Positions 37,645 through 51,582 of a stretch of DNA of 64,000 nucleotides are shown here, piece after piece. Position 1 is the first letter of the stretch. Each line of letters begins with the position of its first letter. Location: NCBI GenBank assembly GCA_028534125.1, contig CM052816.1, forward strand, positions 74,092,001 through 74,156,000. The letters run 5' to 3'. The DNA is from Lama glama. Lineage: Eukaryota. The notes beneath the pieces were generated by a model. The model searched no databases. It was not told the origin of the DNA and worked only from the letters and a program-made list of their open reading frames with translations. The position numbers and the translations under genes were made by a program.

Positions 37645-38014
37645 AATGTAGAATCTAAAAAAACCCTCACAATTCATAGAAATAGAGAATAAACTGGTGG
37701 TTGCCATGGGGAAGGGTGTTGTAAAATGGGTAAAGGCAAGTCCAAACTTCCAATTACAAGAGAAATAAGTCCTGGGGATGTAATGTATAGCATGGTGGTC
37801 ATAGTGAACAGTACTGTATTGTATATTTGAAAGTTACTAAGAAATTACATCCTCAAAGTTCTCACCACAAGAAAAAGGTTGTAACTTTGTGTGATTATGG
37901 ATGGTAACTAACTGTGTTGTGGTGCTCATTCTGTAATATATACATAGGTCAAATCATCATCTTGTATACCTAAAACTAATACAATGTTAGATGTCATATC
38001 ACAGTTTAAAAAAA
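37645..38014 (+). mobile_element. L1MA-like 3' end
   Basis: ggtggttgcca...ataagtcctggggatgtaatgtatagcatgg...ttctcaccaca...A-rich end. Confidence 0.8.
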
Positions 38015-39949
38015 TCACAATGTTTATTAGAAAATAAAGTCTATAAATAAGAATTCTCTGGAGTTGAGCAGAGAAACTGTCTCCTTCTTCCTCTTCCCAA
38101 AGATGAAGTCAGGTAAAGCAGTGCTGTTACTTTTTCAATTATTTCAGCCTCTTTCTTTCTAGGCACAGACAGGAAGTCACCTTGGGATGGTGATATCCTT
38201 GTTCTATGAAGAATTTCTTGCATGACTTCTGTTTGCTGCATAAATACAAGGTCAGTGGGCAGAGGCAAAGGTCCCTATAAGACCTCCCTCTCCCCTTTTA
38301 TGGTTTAGCCACACTGTCTTCCACTGATCTATGCAAAATTCTGGGGAAGAAGTATACAGTTTGCACAAGGAGACCTGAGCATATGAGAAAATGGACCAAC
38401 AGTCTAACCTCAACTGCTGAAATGAAAGTTTGAAAAACTCAAGGTAATTTCCCAAGGTCTGCTTGCAGGCAAGGCACCAATTGCCACTAAGGAAACCTCA
38501 ACTAAAGTACAGGATTCTTATCAGCTGATGACTCAGGTTTGACACCAGGGGATCAGTGTTTGGGAACGGAGGTGAATTCTTTCTCCCTCAATGTGTGGTT
38601 GACTGCCAAAACTCTCAGGACACTGCCACTTGGAATATAGTGTCTGGGCCTGTGTGTGACCCAGGAGAGCTGCTCTGTGGAACCCAAGCATGGAGCATCT
38701 CCTTAAGCTGGTCTGTGTATTTGGTCCAATAAGGGCATCTTCCTCTGGATCATGGTACTGGGGAAGTCTCATGAGGACGGGACCATGTCTAATATGTTCT
38801 CAGCTACATCCTCGTTGTCCAGTGTCTGGTACATAGAAGGTTCTCAGTGAATATCTGAGCATAAAATATGTTAATAATGGATCCAGGATCCAGAATTCAG
38901 TAACAACACTCTGTGGTAGCAACCATAGCAACTATTCTAGTAGACTCGTCTCTCTACCTGGTGTTTGGAAAGAAGGTGCACCTTACTTTGGACTGAATTC
39001 TTAGACTATTCAGGTGGAGGAGATAGAGAGGCTTTAAGAAAATATGCTAGTTCTTGTGAATAAAGGTAAATTGATTTGCAATCAGTTGATTAGAAGAATA
39101 AAAGAAATGTTACTGTTTTTTTTACATCCTAAGCCAGTGGAACAAGTCTTACTGATTGCATAAAATATTATTTCACATGTCTGAATCTTGTAGGTCACAG
39201 GTGACAGACAATTCCAAGGTTCTAATTCCTTGAAAGAACAAGTATGAACAAGGTTTACTTCAACTGAGTGTAACCCTTAATATAATCACATCAATTGTTT
39301 AATGTTAGAAATGCTCCAAAATGGGCTCAAGTTTCTTTCCAGGGATTAAAAAGAGAAATTCGACATTTCTAGTGCCCTAAACCAAATCTCAAAATTTGGC
39401 CAATTTCCCTATATTTCAGGCTGAAGAATCAGAGTCAGTGTAGATGGAACAGATATTATATATTATTTGGAGCTAATATACTCACAATGATGGCTATGTA
39501 AATAATTCAAATTAAATGTTAGTTTTAATAATCTTGCATGAGTTTTTGTTGTGTCAGCAATTTCTATTTAACACATGCACGCACAAAACCTAGAAACTAC
39601 GTGTGGATCTGTTTTTTATAAACTAAACATTCCTGAACACTATGTCGTCATTCAATTTACTTTTATAAGTTCAATTCTATTTGAAATGAAGTAGGATAGT
39701 TTTTTTTATTTAAAAAAATTTCTCCAAAAAAAACCACCCCTTTTGATAAAATGAATATAACTTTTTAAAAGCTGATGTTGTCCTTTGATTTTTGTTGTTG
39801 TTGTTGTTGTTCATGTAGCAGTATGTGGTCAAAAAGCACTGGATTGTTTTCGTCAGACCAGCCTTAATTGAAATACTTACATAGGATGTTGGTTTATTTA
39901 TTTGCAAATGGAGATAATAAAAACAGCCTCAAAAGATTGTTGTGAAGTC

Positions 39950-40245
39950 AGAGAAGGTGATTTGACAAACAGGAGAATAATCTGTCTTTGAGAAGAATTG
40001 AGTGCTGTGAGAAAAATGAGAAACCCGTTATTGCTGGCTGAGAAGATGGAGGAAGAGGGCTACACATCCATGAACATGGGCAGCCTCTAGAAGCTGGAAA
40101 GGTGAGGAAGGAAATGGATGTTCCCCTAGAGCCTCTGGAAGGAATGCAGCCCTGCAAACACCTTGAATTTTGCCCAGTGAGACCCATTCCAGACTACGGA
40201 CCTCCAGAACTTCAAGATAATAAGTTTCTGCTGACTTAAGCCATT
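39950..40245. mobile_element. MLT1 LTR fragment
   Basis: ctctagaagctggaaagg...cccctagagcctctggaaggaatgcagccctgc. Confidence 0.75.
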
Positions 40246-40997
40246 AAAAAATTGTTGTGAGGATTCAATGTAAAGTGCAGGATGACTACGAAGACGTGCA
40301 CTGTTAGTAACTATTAGTTCTGTTTGGGGAGGAAGACTGTATTCTGGTTTGTTTAAATGAGAAAAGCCTTTGAAAGTGCAGGTATTCCCTCCAACTTGAC
40401 CTTCACTTTCTAATTCCTAGGACTCGAGCACTGGTTAGACATTATAACCTGGCCTCAGTCATGCCGTGGAGAATTGGGGAAGGATCTGCCATGTGCTTCA
40501 GAAAGAATAGCTAAGGGGAGAGCAGAGTCCTCACAAGGCCTGAGTGGTGACTATGGGGTCTGTGGCGAACAAAACAGAGGAAGTCTGTGTCCCTAAGAGC
40601 AGCAACCTCATGCGGTCATTGGTAGCTGAGGCAGCAACAGGGCAGCATAAACAAGGCCAAAGCAAAAGTATATAAATCACCTGTCTCTGAGCACAGGTGG
40701 GACAATACCCTTGGGCACTGGGGGTCACACTGAAGAAAGGTAACATCTGACTATTTTGTTGGTGGGATTACAAAATATCCTAAAATTTGGCATCAAAATA
40801 ATGTGTTCTTATCTTTTAGTCAAACGTGGTATTTGTTTCACAGCATGAAAACAGCTTTGGTTTCATTGATTTGGATTGGATTCGGAAGAAATTTGAGAAA
40901 ATGTCATAGCCTACCCTCCCTTGGCCCTTTCTTTATCAGGAACCCCTGAGACCTGGGTGGGAAGGGGTTGGAGAACACAAGAGAAAAGGATAAAGGA

Positions 40998-41311
40998 CAG
41001 TTATCCCTCAGAATCCTCAGGGGGCATTGGGTCCAGGACCTCCATAGCCACCAAAATTCATGGATGTTCAAGTCCTTTATATAAAATGGTGTAATATTTG
41101 CATATGACTTACACATATCCTCCCCTATACTTTAATCCTTAGGTTATTGATAATACAATGTAAATGCTATGTAAATAGTTGTCAGTTTGTAGCAAATTCA
41201 AGTTTTGCTCTTTGAAACTTTCTGGGTTTTTTTTTTTTCCAAATATTTTTGATTCTCAAAATGTTGATTGAATTCTCAGATGTGGAAACTGTGGATACAG
41301 TGGGCCAACTA
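40998..41311. mobile_element. MER2-like Tigger DNA transposon fossil
   Basis: cagttatccctc...ccaaaattcatggatgttcaagtcctttatataaaatgg...gggccaact, with degenerate terminal inverted repeats. Confidence 0.8.
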
Positions 41312-43906
41312 TAGCTATAGCTCTTTGAGATAAGGAGAAGAGTTTAGGAGTGTTGTAAGGTTCTTGTTTTTGTCTTCCCCCCCCCCCTGTTTCTACTTGC
41401 CACCAAGATACTTCCCCAATGCCATAGCTGAAGATTGAAGACAGTAACTCTTAACCTCTTTCCTGTGTACATATCAGGAGTGGTGTTGAAGAAATGGTTC
41501 TTTCCTGCACTGTAACTGAAGTCTACTACGATCATTTGGTGGTATTTTGCTTTACTGGCCCCAATTCTTTGTCTTTCAGCTGTGGCCATGCAATTTGCCA
41601 TGTGATTTTACAGCTCCTCCCACAAAAGCAGAGTACATTACCCCTCCCCTTGACCTTGGACTTGACCACATGACTTACTTTGGCAGGTTAGCAGGTGGGA
41701 CTTCTTAAACAGGAGCTTAAAAAGTACTTTGGGGAGGGGGCTGGCCCTCTTGTACTCTATCATTAAAGAAGAATCCTGCACTCTTGGTAGCTACTCCCTC
41801 CATCCTGGGTCTCAATGAAAACAGAGAAGAGATATGAGCTGGCCAGACTCAGAGCTTGAACAAAGCTGTTCTGCTGAACTCAGCCTGAATCAGCTGATCC
41901 CTTTCTAGTACATAGACATATAAGCAAATAAATGATTACTGCTTTAAATCACTGAGTTTTGGGTGATTTATTGTACAGTACTAGCTGACTAATGTACCAT
42001 ATTTCTATAGAAGGAAGGTAGAGAGAAACGAATGCTTTTTTCATAGGGATCTGTCACAGGGGAAATGCTGCTACATCAAGGAATGCAAGGAAAGAAAAGA
42101 GGTGATGGGACCAGAGTGATAACGAGGCTGTGAGGAAAACAAGATAAATCTGGAGGATAAAAGAAAATAAGATCAGAGGAGGATTGTTACTGAACCTACC
42201 TTGGGACCACTCACCCACAGAACAGCAAAGCCAATTTACTGACACTGGGTTGTGGTGAAGAAAAGTGCAGCATTTATTGTAGGCACCAAGCAAGGAAAAT
42301 GGGTGGCTTATGCTCAAAAGACTCCCTGATGGCTTTCAGGGAAGTGCTTTTAAAGGCAACATTTGGGATAAAAGTTGTAGGGGACATGGCTTTTTTCTCA
42401 TTGGTTGGTGGTGAGACAACAAAGTGATGTTTCAGGAATCTTAACCAGCAACCTTCTGGTTCCAATCAGTCTCGGGTCTACATGCTTGTGGTCAGCATGT
42501 AGCCAGTACCCTCCACCTGGGCAAGGGTCTTTGTTCCTGCAGAACAAGTCAAAGATATGTGTCAGATTGTTATGGATATCCCTTGAGGAGAAACTAGGAC
42601 TCTTATCACTGAGCTATTATTTCTTGACTGCTTTTTCCTTGTTTTGGCATTCCCTCACTTCCCTAATTAGTAACTAATTCAATTTGCTCTTTGAAACTTA
42701 GGGAAGGCCTAGTAGACTAAAGCCCTTTTCTTACAAATAAGAAACAGGGGACACAAGGGAGCTTTTGTACCTGAGAGGGCCCCACAGAGTCCTGCTCAGT
42801 TTCAATCCCTCCTTTCCTTTGATACTCTTTAGTCCTGAGGGGAACAGGAGGTGGGACAAGAAAGGCAATAAAGTCTTGGATAGAGAGGTTAATCATAAAC
42901 TCAGCAAGGGAACTCAGTTGCAGGGGGACTTGGTTTCAATCCCCGTACCTGTTTTAACCTTCCCCAAATACTTGAAAGAATGAGGCAATGACTGCTCTGG
43001 CTACTTCCTGCTAAAATGGGGCATAGACCTGCCTCAATTTGGGGAATGGAAAATTCTTGTGTTACAAGTCTTGTATCTGAGTCTTGTATGATTGAGCTCT
43101 TAATCCCTTGGGTCACCATTTTGGTGTAACAAACCCAATTTAGAAGTAGGAGAAGGAGTGAAACCTGAACTTTAATGAACCTTAGCAAGTAAATCTCATT
43201 CCCTCAGGAATTCAGGAAAATAACCTGAAAATCAGTCTGAACCTGGCACTTATGGGGAAACTTGTTATAGTCAGTTGCCTCATTTTATCTAAGTCGGTTT
43301 TAACTTCTAATGTGGTATTAACATATACATAAACAGAAACTACTAGCCACTACACATACATCTCTTTTTCTGCTAAAATCTAATAAAGCAATTTTATTGG
43401 TCAGTATTATCCTGGTTAGAGAATCTAGTGCCTTCTGCCAGAAGGCTGTGGCTTGAGCTGTCTCATTTATTACTATCCCAAAGAAAGAAAAAATTTAATA
43501 GTTACAAGAGGAGACCTTGAGACCATAAGATTGCAGCTGGCAAGTGCCAGCAGACGCTGCTTTAAGAACTGCTGGTTGTGTCCCCAAGTCCAGCAAAGTT
43601 CAGAAAATTCAGTTTCTCCACAATACAAGAACATGTGTAAAATCACGAAGGTCACCCAGCTCCACCTTCAATGCCTGAAGCAAAGCCACTCCATTTTGAC
43701 TTTCAATGCATTCTCTTCCTCAATGGCCAAAGCAGGTGTACAAAGTATGTTCAATAGGCCACAAAACAGGCTATTCTGGTCAGCATAAAGTTCAAGTTAA
43801 ATCATGTATAAGCCAGAATGACTTCCCCATACTTCAGTATGTGAAGACTTCTTTATCATTTGCTGCCTGCCCTGAGTTTATCATGTCCATAGGTTTAGGC
43901 CTCCTT

Positions 43907-43918
43907 TGTGTGTGTGTG

Positions 43919-43958
<40 letters not shown>
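43907..43958. repeat. (TG)6 TATA (CA)18 compound microsatellite
   Basis: Read directly from the sequence. Confidence 0.95.
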
Positions 43959-43963
<5 letters not shown>

Positions 43964-45669
43964 TTGCCTAGTTATCCGTATTGGGGTAAAACTAATCAGA
44001 CAATGAACACGCTCAGAGGTATGCTAAGGCCTCTCAAGGCCAGGAAAACATGTCAAGGACTTGCCATCAGATTCTGCTTGTGATATTCATAGATTTAGAT
44101 GAATTCCTTTCTTCTCAAGGTCCCCAAAATATCTTGAGATTCTTGCACCTGTCAGGAGGTGACCTTTCTTATCACCTGATAAGGTTAGTGGGAACCTAAG
44201 AATTTTCAGTTTCTAGGGGGATCAGGTAGAGAGAAAAGATAAATGTCTCAATCTTACGTAGAAAGATATAATTTACCAAGTTGCTATAAACCATGATTAG
44301 CTTGAGGGTAAAGGTTTCCTATTTCTAGCAAACACAGATTAAAAGCCAGTAACATTTCAGACGAAAGCCATACAAATTATAACCATATTTGTCAGTTTCC
44401 TCAGTCTTATGTAACTCATCCTTTTTGTTAACAGTTTTATGAAATCATCAGGTTTTCCACTAGGATTCTTTAATTTCTTACCCATTTCAGTGATAGGATC
44501 TGAAATTTATCAGAAATCTGAACTTGTCAAAAAGTCCTTCCTATTAGTCTTCTTGAGGGTGAAGCTTTTTTTTTTCCCAAAATTATCAGAGTACAACAAT
44601 AATGGTCCATAAATAACAAAAGACTTTAAAAGGCACAGTGAAACACCTGATTTCAATGCAACGGACAAACTTGGTTACTGCTGTGATGTAAAACATAAAG
44701 ATAATAACTAGAATTATGACTGATAACATGTTGTCAGGATGTACCAGAATTTTTTACGATTTCCATATAATTTCTGGAATGCCTATAACAGTAACATTTA
44801 CCCATACACTATAACCTGAAAAGGCTTATCACTCATTTGACAATGCTTCTCATGTAATTTAACATACCAAATAATCCTAGTTAGTTCAATATCTCTCTCT
44901 GAGATGACTCAGGGCCCCTCTGAAGCATCCCCAAACTAGCTGGAGGTGAAAAGAAGTTCAAATAGAATTTGATATTTGGGAAGTTTGTCAAAAATATCAA
45001 AAAGTTTCAAAACCCTGGTTAAATAGGATCATAGATCACTGAGGAAAAAATACTTACTCACTTAACCAAAGTGACAATAAAAGACTTCAAAGGTTGTAAC
45101 AGATCACTTAAAAGGCATAGAAAATCACACAATCTGTTATCAAAAGCAGCATTCCAAGAAAACTCTGCTCTTTTAAGAAAGAGAGAAACCAAATCCAGTC
45201 CTGCCCCAGATGACTTTTAATAACAAAATCCATTTACCTAATTTAAATCCAATCTAATGCACAACTCTTTTCTCAGGTTTCCTTTTCTGTTAACATTCCA
45301 CAACTTTCTGTGTCCATATTACTTTGTCCCTGATATTTTTTTCTGATCCAGAACAACCAGCTCTAGGACAAAATTACTTTCTTTACCTTTAGAAAAATGT
45401 ACTTCTATTCCTCATACCTTCTTCTAATGAAAACATGTCTCCTACTTTCCTTGAACACCAAAATGTTTCCCTTATTATTTTAGTAACTTTAGTTACATAC
45501 ATATTATAAATTTTGACCCTTAAAAAACCTTGATGTCTAGCAAAAAGCAAGGAGCAAGCAACGGGTGTGAACATACCAGCATTTCCTGATTAACAAACTT
45601 ATGAACATGCTCTATAAGTTCTAGAAACATGCATCTTCTCATAGCATAATTTCTTTCTCTGTGTGGTAA

Positions 45670-46302
45670 TGAGACAGGATGGAAGGGGGTAGGGCACAGC
45701 CATTCAAGATATGCCACAGCAGTTAACACCAAAATGGTGAAAGATTCAATCCCCAGTAGGCCTTGAGGCTTAGGATGATGAGAGATTTAACTTCTAGTAG
45801 ATCTTGAGCTTCATTATACGCCCATTGTAATATATTAACATGGTGAATAACACGCCCACAGGTACCTAGGCAGTCCCAAGGCTAGCCACAAAAGGTCAAA
45901 GGGTGGGAAATGGCCAACTTCCTGGGAATCCCAGCCCCTTCCCCAGGCTACTTAGACTGGTCCTTCTACTTATTAGCATATGAAGCCACCAAACCCATAA
46001 AAACCAGCAACACAGCACCTCATGGCCGCCCCTCCCCTCCCTCTTTGTAGCCGGTCCGCATTCTGTCTATGGAGTGTATACCCACTTTTAATCTGAGCAT
46101 CCAACCACCACACCTCATGGCTTTTCTCTTGCCTTTCAATATATCTCTCTGAATAATTCTACCTTCACTCAACTGTGGCTCACTCTTGGAATTCTTTCCT
46201 GTGTGAAGCCAAGGACCCACACTTGGTGGGGCATGTCCCAGGGGCTCAACCGAGACCTGGGACACAGCCCTCCTCATGCCCCACATCTGTTTTCTTGCAT
46301 CA
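45670..46302 (+). mobile_element. Solo LTR (family of 27396-28017, opposite orientation) nested in the older ERV
   Basis: Its reverse complement aligns along its length with 27396-28017. TG...CA termini. Perfect TSD GTAA at 45666-45669 and 46303-46306. Confidence 0.93.
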
Positions 46303-48944
46303 GTAAAAGACATGTGTCTGATAAACCCAAACATCTTAACTTTCCCTCTTATAAAAAGACAAAAGTAAGTAAACTTAGGCAAGTTTAGTAATTAATGTTC
46401 CAGTGTTTTATCTTATTTGAAATGCTGGATATTCAATTAATTCTCATCATTTAACTTAATCTAGCAAAATTCTGAAGTTTCAAGTTACCAAAATCTGGAG
46501 AGACTATTTTTAAGTAGACATTGCTAAACATAATTATTCCCAAAGAGTTCACCCAAAAAACTCTTACCTCATTTACATTTAATTTACTTAAAAGTTTTAT
46601 CATATCAAGTTATTTTCCTTGCTGACAAACTTACAACAGATATAATATGAACTTCTTTACCTTTCAGTAAACCTAGGTGTAATAAAAGCATTATGCTTAA
46701 TACTGATGACTATAAAGACATGTGTGCACCAATTAAACCAACAAGCCTAAACCAACTTTAATATAAGATGGTAATTTAATACTGAATGTGAACCTGAAAT
46801 TGTTTCCTTTTTATTTCTGAGAATTTATATAAACAGTTAATTTCCTTTAAGCCAATTAAGTAGAGCTCATTTACAAATTAATTTTAATAATATCATCTGG
46901 AGGTAAAGACATATCATATCTATAAAATACAAAGACATAACATACATTTATATAGACACAGAGATCCTTTACTTTTCCTGCTTGGTTTTAAAAAGCCTTT
47001 CTTTCTCTCTTTTTTTTCCCTTAGTGACAGGAATTGGAAATGGTCTAGATAAGACAGGAGTTTCTGAGAGCCCAAGTAGAAAATTTACATCTCAAACCAC
47101 AGGGAGAGAAATGCAAGTTCCTTCTAGAAAGCCAGCTTCTTCAAACTAATATGCAAAAACCAATTTTGGAATGTCAAAAGAGCCCCATCTTGTCCATTTT
47201 CAGGGTAAGATTTCCTTCAGTTCCCCAGCAGCCAATTCAGCTTAAACAAATACAATAATAGACACTAATTCATATCACTCATGTTCACATGCCTCAGTTC
47301 TAGATGAACTTGAATCAGCATCCAAGTTACCGAGACCCTCTAATGAGGGTCATAATCAGGACCACCTAACAAAGGCCAAAACCCGGAAAAGAGAACAGGA
47401 TTTAGACTCATGTACTGAAACACTCATGCACACACTCAAGATAAAGACCAAACCAATTCCAAAAGGCTCACTTTGATACAACGCATAAAAGCCTATACAT
47501 AAGGAATTTCATCCTATTTTCTTCCCTTTTACAAAACGGTTCTCATTCAAAGATGTATAACATCATTAGAGAGCCATTAGGGGCCACTGTTTTCTGGATT
47601 CTGAGGAGTACTGAGGCCAAGCAGTGTTATAATAAAATACTATTTTTTTTTTCTTTCACAGGAGCATAGCTGAAGATCTCCCAGTTTTGCAAAATATACC
47701 CTACAGGACTACATAGAGCTCTGATTACCCACTGTTCTTCCACACAGCCGGTATTACCCAAAACAGAGAGAGACATATTAGTATCTGATGGCCTCTGGGG
47801 GTTGCAGTTCCCTAGCAGGAGAATGGAAGATTTCCTACCTGCTGTTCCAGACAGGAGTGCAGATGAGCCTTGGTCTAACAGAGTGTTTCCCAGTTACCTC
47901 TTAAGTGGTGCTGGATGGCTGAGGGACTCCTAGATCCAGAAGGGAAAATCCAATTAAAGAGGCACTGTGCTCAAAATCAGATGGCCAAGCTGTCTGTCTT
48001 TCCCCACCAAAAAGGAAAATTCCAATTAAGGCAACCCAGTAAGGAAGAATACGTTAGTGTTGTCACATGCAAGATTCCATCGCTTACCAGAGACATCCCA
48101 CAGACCAGACTAGGACCAGACCCTTGTTTTCTTCACCACAGAATTGAAAGCACTGTGGGCCAGCGACATCTGGTCAGGGGCAAGCACCTGGGGCTGTCCC
48201 TGAGACAAAGGTACTCAGGCAGCTGCTGGGCAGGATCCCAGGAGCTGCCACTGGCAGGGACTATGTGCTACAGGCGAGATGCCTGCCTGGGTCAGAAGTC
48301 CCATTTGAGTCACCACAATTGTTACAAGCCAAACTTGGGTCCACTTGCTCGTGGACAGCACAGCCAATTTACTGACACTGAGTTGTGGTGAGTAAACGTA
48401 AAGGAGCAAGAAGAATGGGTGGCTCAAGCTCGAAAATCCCAAACACCCCAGTGGCTTTCAGGGAAGGGCTTTAAAGGTAACAATTGGGATGAAGGTTGCA
48501 GGGGGGCATGATTTTCTTCTTACTGGTTGGTGGTGAGGCAACAAAGTGGTGTTTCAGGAATTTTAATTAGCAACCTTCTGGTTTCAACCAGTCGGGTCTA
48601 CATGCTTGTGGTCAGCATGTAGCTACTATCCTTCACCTGGGTAGGCGTCCTAGTTTCTGCAGAAGAGCTCAAAGCTACGTGTCAGCTTGTTGTGGATATC
48701 CCTTGAAGAGGAGCGAGGACTCTGCTTTGTTGCTGAACTGCCGTCATTACTTTTTTTGTTTAACTGCTTTTCCTTTGTTTCTGCATTCTCTCACTTGCCT
48801 AATTAGAAACTGCTTGAATCTGCTCTTTGGAGCTCAGGGAAGGCCTACGACATTAAAGCTTTTTTCTACAAACAAGAAACAGAGCACACAGAGGGGCTTT
48901 TGTAGCCGAGAGGGCCCTGGCAGGGTCCTGCTTGGTTTCAGCAT

Positions 48945-49900
48945 CACTCCTTAAGAATGGGCTGCACAAAGTGACTTCCTTCCAAAAAGCAGAGTATGAA
49001 AAGGGGGAAAAGGGTAACTTCACGGTGGAGAAACCCGACAAACACTACCTGAGCCAGGTGATCAAGGTCAATATCAATGTAATAGTCATGTTAGTAGTAT
49101 GTAATCTTGATATGATGGGATGGGCATAGCACTTTAATTCCTGTGGTCTTCTTCCAAAAACCCCATAACCTCAGTGTAACAATGAGAAAAACATAAAACA
49201 AACCCCAATTGAGGGACATTCTGCATTGACCAGCACTTCTCAAAACTGTCAAAAGAGGGCAAGTCTGAGGAGTAAGGGAACTAGATGAAGGTGGTCAAAA
49301 GGTATAAACTTCCAGTTTTAAGATAAATAAGTGCATGATGACTTTACTTAACAGTGCTGTATTGTATATTAGAAAGTTGTTAGGAAAGTAAATCCTAAAA
49401 GGTCTCATCACAAGGGAAAAAACATTTTTCTTCTTTGTTTGGTATCTGTATGAGATGATGAATGTTAACTAAAGTTACTGGTACTCATTTCACAATATAC
49501 GTAAGTCAAGTCATTATACTGGACACCTGAAAATTATATAGTGCTGTATCTCAATTATATCTCAATAAAATTGAAAGAAAAAAATACTTAAAAGCAAAGA
49601 AACAATAACAACAAAATTGTAACTGGGAAAGTCTGAGAAACTGTCACTGTCTAAGGTGACATAACTTAATATAATGTGGTATCTTGTGAACAGAGGAAGA
49701 ACATTAGTAAAGGCTGAGGAATCTAAATTAGTTCATGATAATGTGTCAATACTGGTTCATTAGTTGTGACAAATATACTGTATGCAGGACATTAACAATG
49801 AGGGAATCTGGGTATGGAGTATAGGGGAGCTCTTTGGACAATATTTGCAACTTCTCTGCAAATGTAAAATTAATCTAAAATAAAAATGTATTTTAAAAAT
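48945..49900 (+). mobile_element. L1MC-like 3' region with a nested L1MA-like 3' end (~49270-49620)
   Basis: gtgacttccttccaaa...gtggagaaacc...cccaattgagggacattct. The nested piece is flanked by a repeated aagtctgag. Confidence 0.75.
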
Positions 49901-51582
49901 TAGAAGAGTAGATTTTCTTAACTAAATTCTTACTTTTCCCAAAAGGCCTTTTTTGCTTTGGTTTCACTCATTCATATCTCTCCCATCTTTTTCCTCAAGG
50001 CTTAGAAATTCTAGTTCACTCAAGTGTGTTTGAGATGATACCTTCAGTTTCTCTTCTTGCTCTTCATTTGCTCCCATGTCACCTGCTGTCATCCCAGCAC
50101 AGCTGACTAAGCTTCCTGCTCTCTGATTGGTGAGTGTGGGTAGTGTGCTTCCCAAGGCAGGACAAGACAGGACAAGTCAGGGTTGCCAACTTCTTACTAT
50201 CATTTCAGCAACACAAACTTTGTCACCTTAAATAGCTTATCTCTCCTCTCAGAGCAAAGATTATTTCTTGGAGGAACTGTGAAAATAAGCTAGCATTCTC
50301 ATTGTAGGCATTAAAAAATATGTATCTTAGAACTTAAGAACCTGGCAGGAACTCTGAAAAATCATCTAGCCCAAACCTCTCATTTTAAAGGTGAAGAGAA
50401 TGAGGGCCACAAAAGATAAGACTAACAAGGGTAAGCACAAAGCCAGGTTTCTGGATTCAGAGGTCATATGCGAAGTTCATTATGCAAAACTTTTCTGGAA
50501 AATAATGACCCAGGTCAACTATATTCATATCAGAAAATAGTTACTAATGATCTACTTTGGGCAAAGCATTGTGCTCGATGTTAGAGTTGATAGGAACGTC
50601 AACTAGAATAGTATTCATCCCCAAGGAGCTTCCAGTCAAGGTATGCACGGGAAATAACAGCCACACGTGGAATAACTGTAATATAAGCAAGAATATATAT
50701 GTGCCATAAGGGGTAGAAGGTAGTGAGGAGGGAGGCGTGACATCCAGTTAAGGATATCAAGAAAGGATTCACGGAGTGGGTATCATTTGTGGTGGACTTT
50801 GGAGGATAAGTGAGATGTTGGTGGACAGACAAGGGGGTTGGGGAAGCGTTCTTGACAGAAGAGCACAAGCCAAGTCAGAACTGTGGGAAGTACAGCCTGC
50901 ACTTGAGGAAAAGCAAACCCCTTGGTTCACTGAGAAAATTCTGCAATAGGCCAGAATAATATTCCAAAGGGCTTTGAGTAACTGCGGTATTTAGTTTTGT
51001 ACACAATGAAGAATGGCTGGCTTGCGTGGCTGGCAGAGAAGATGGGGCACTTCACCTGGCTTGGCTTGGTGCTTTCACTGCATAGTTTTCTGTAAGAAGG
51101 TCAGAGGCACACTTTATCTCCAGTGTGGAGGCACAGCATAAGGTGGGCTGGAGGAAGGCATGCCCCTTGAATGGGGCGGGAACAGGCTGGGGATCCCAGA
51201 GTGTTCTGTGAGAAGACGAGGCTTAAGTGGAACAACACAAGCATAGCCAGTGAAACGTGTGAGCAGAGGAATGGGACATGCCTCAGAGGAAGGATGTACA
51301 AAACTTGCAGTCAGTTTAAAAACTAGGGAGGCCAAGAGTTGTCCTGAGCAGTGAGTATGGAATAGATGAAGGGGAGGCTAGGAGGTTCAGGAAACTACAA
51401 ATAAGAGGCTCATTGGTCTGGATTATTCTCTTACGCTGAGCATCACGGTGGCATATACAGAAATTAAATTGGTATAATAGGAAATTTCAAAGTGAGTGTT
51501 ACAGCAAGATGAAGATTTTCAACAGAACTACTAAAGCATTAGTTTTACAATTCTTAAAAAAAAAATCAATCCATAATAAGGG

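Larger units (their letters stand above)
42185..48940 (-). mobile_element. Old two-LTR ERV1 (MER4-group-like, non-coding interior): 3' LTR 42185-42804, 5' LTR 48320-48940
   Basis: Two colinear, diverged direct repeats with TG...CA. Minus-strand polypurine tract at 42805-42817. PBS-like TGGTGACTCAAATGGGAC at 48298-48315 (15/18 to a tRNA-Arg PBS). Flanks GGAT/GCAT (3/4 TSD). Confidence 0.88.

Noticed and set aside
43453..43788. CWLC motif (KNCWLCP) suggesting gammaretroviral env SU
   Set aside because: It is on the + strand, antisense to the provirus as oriented by PBS, PPT and AATAAA, and no other env features are in frame.
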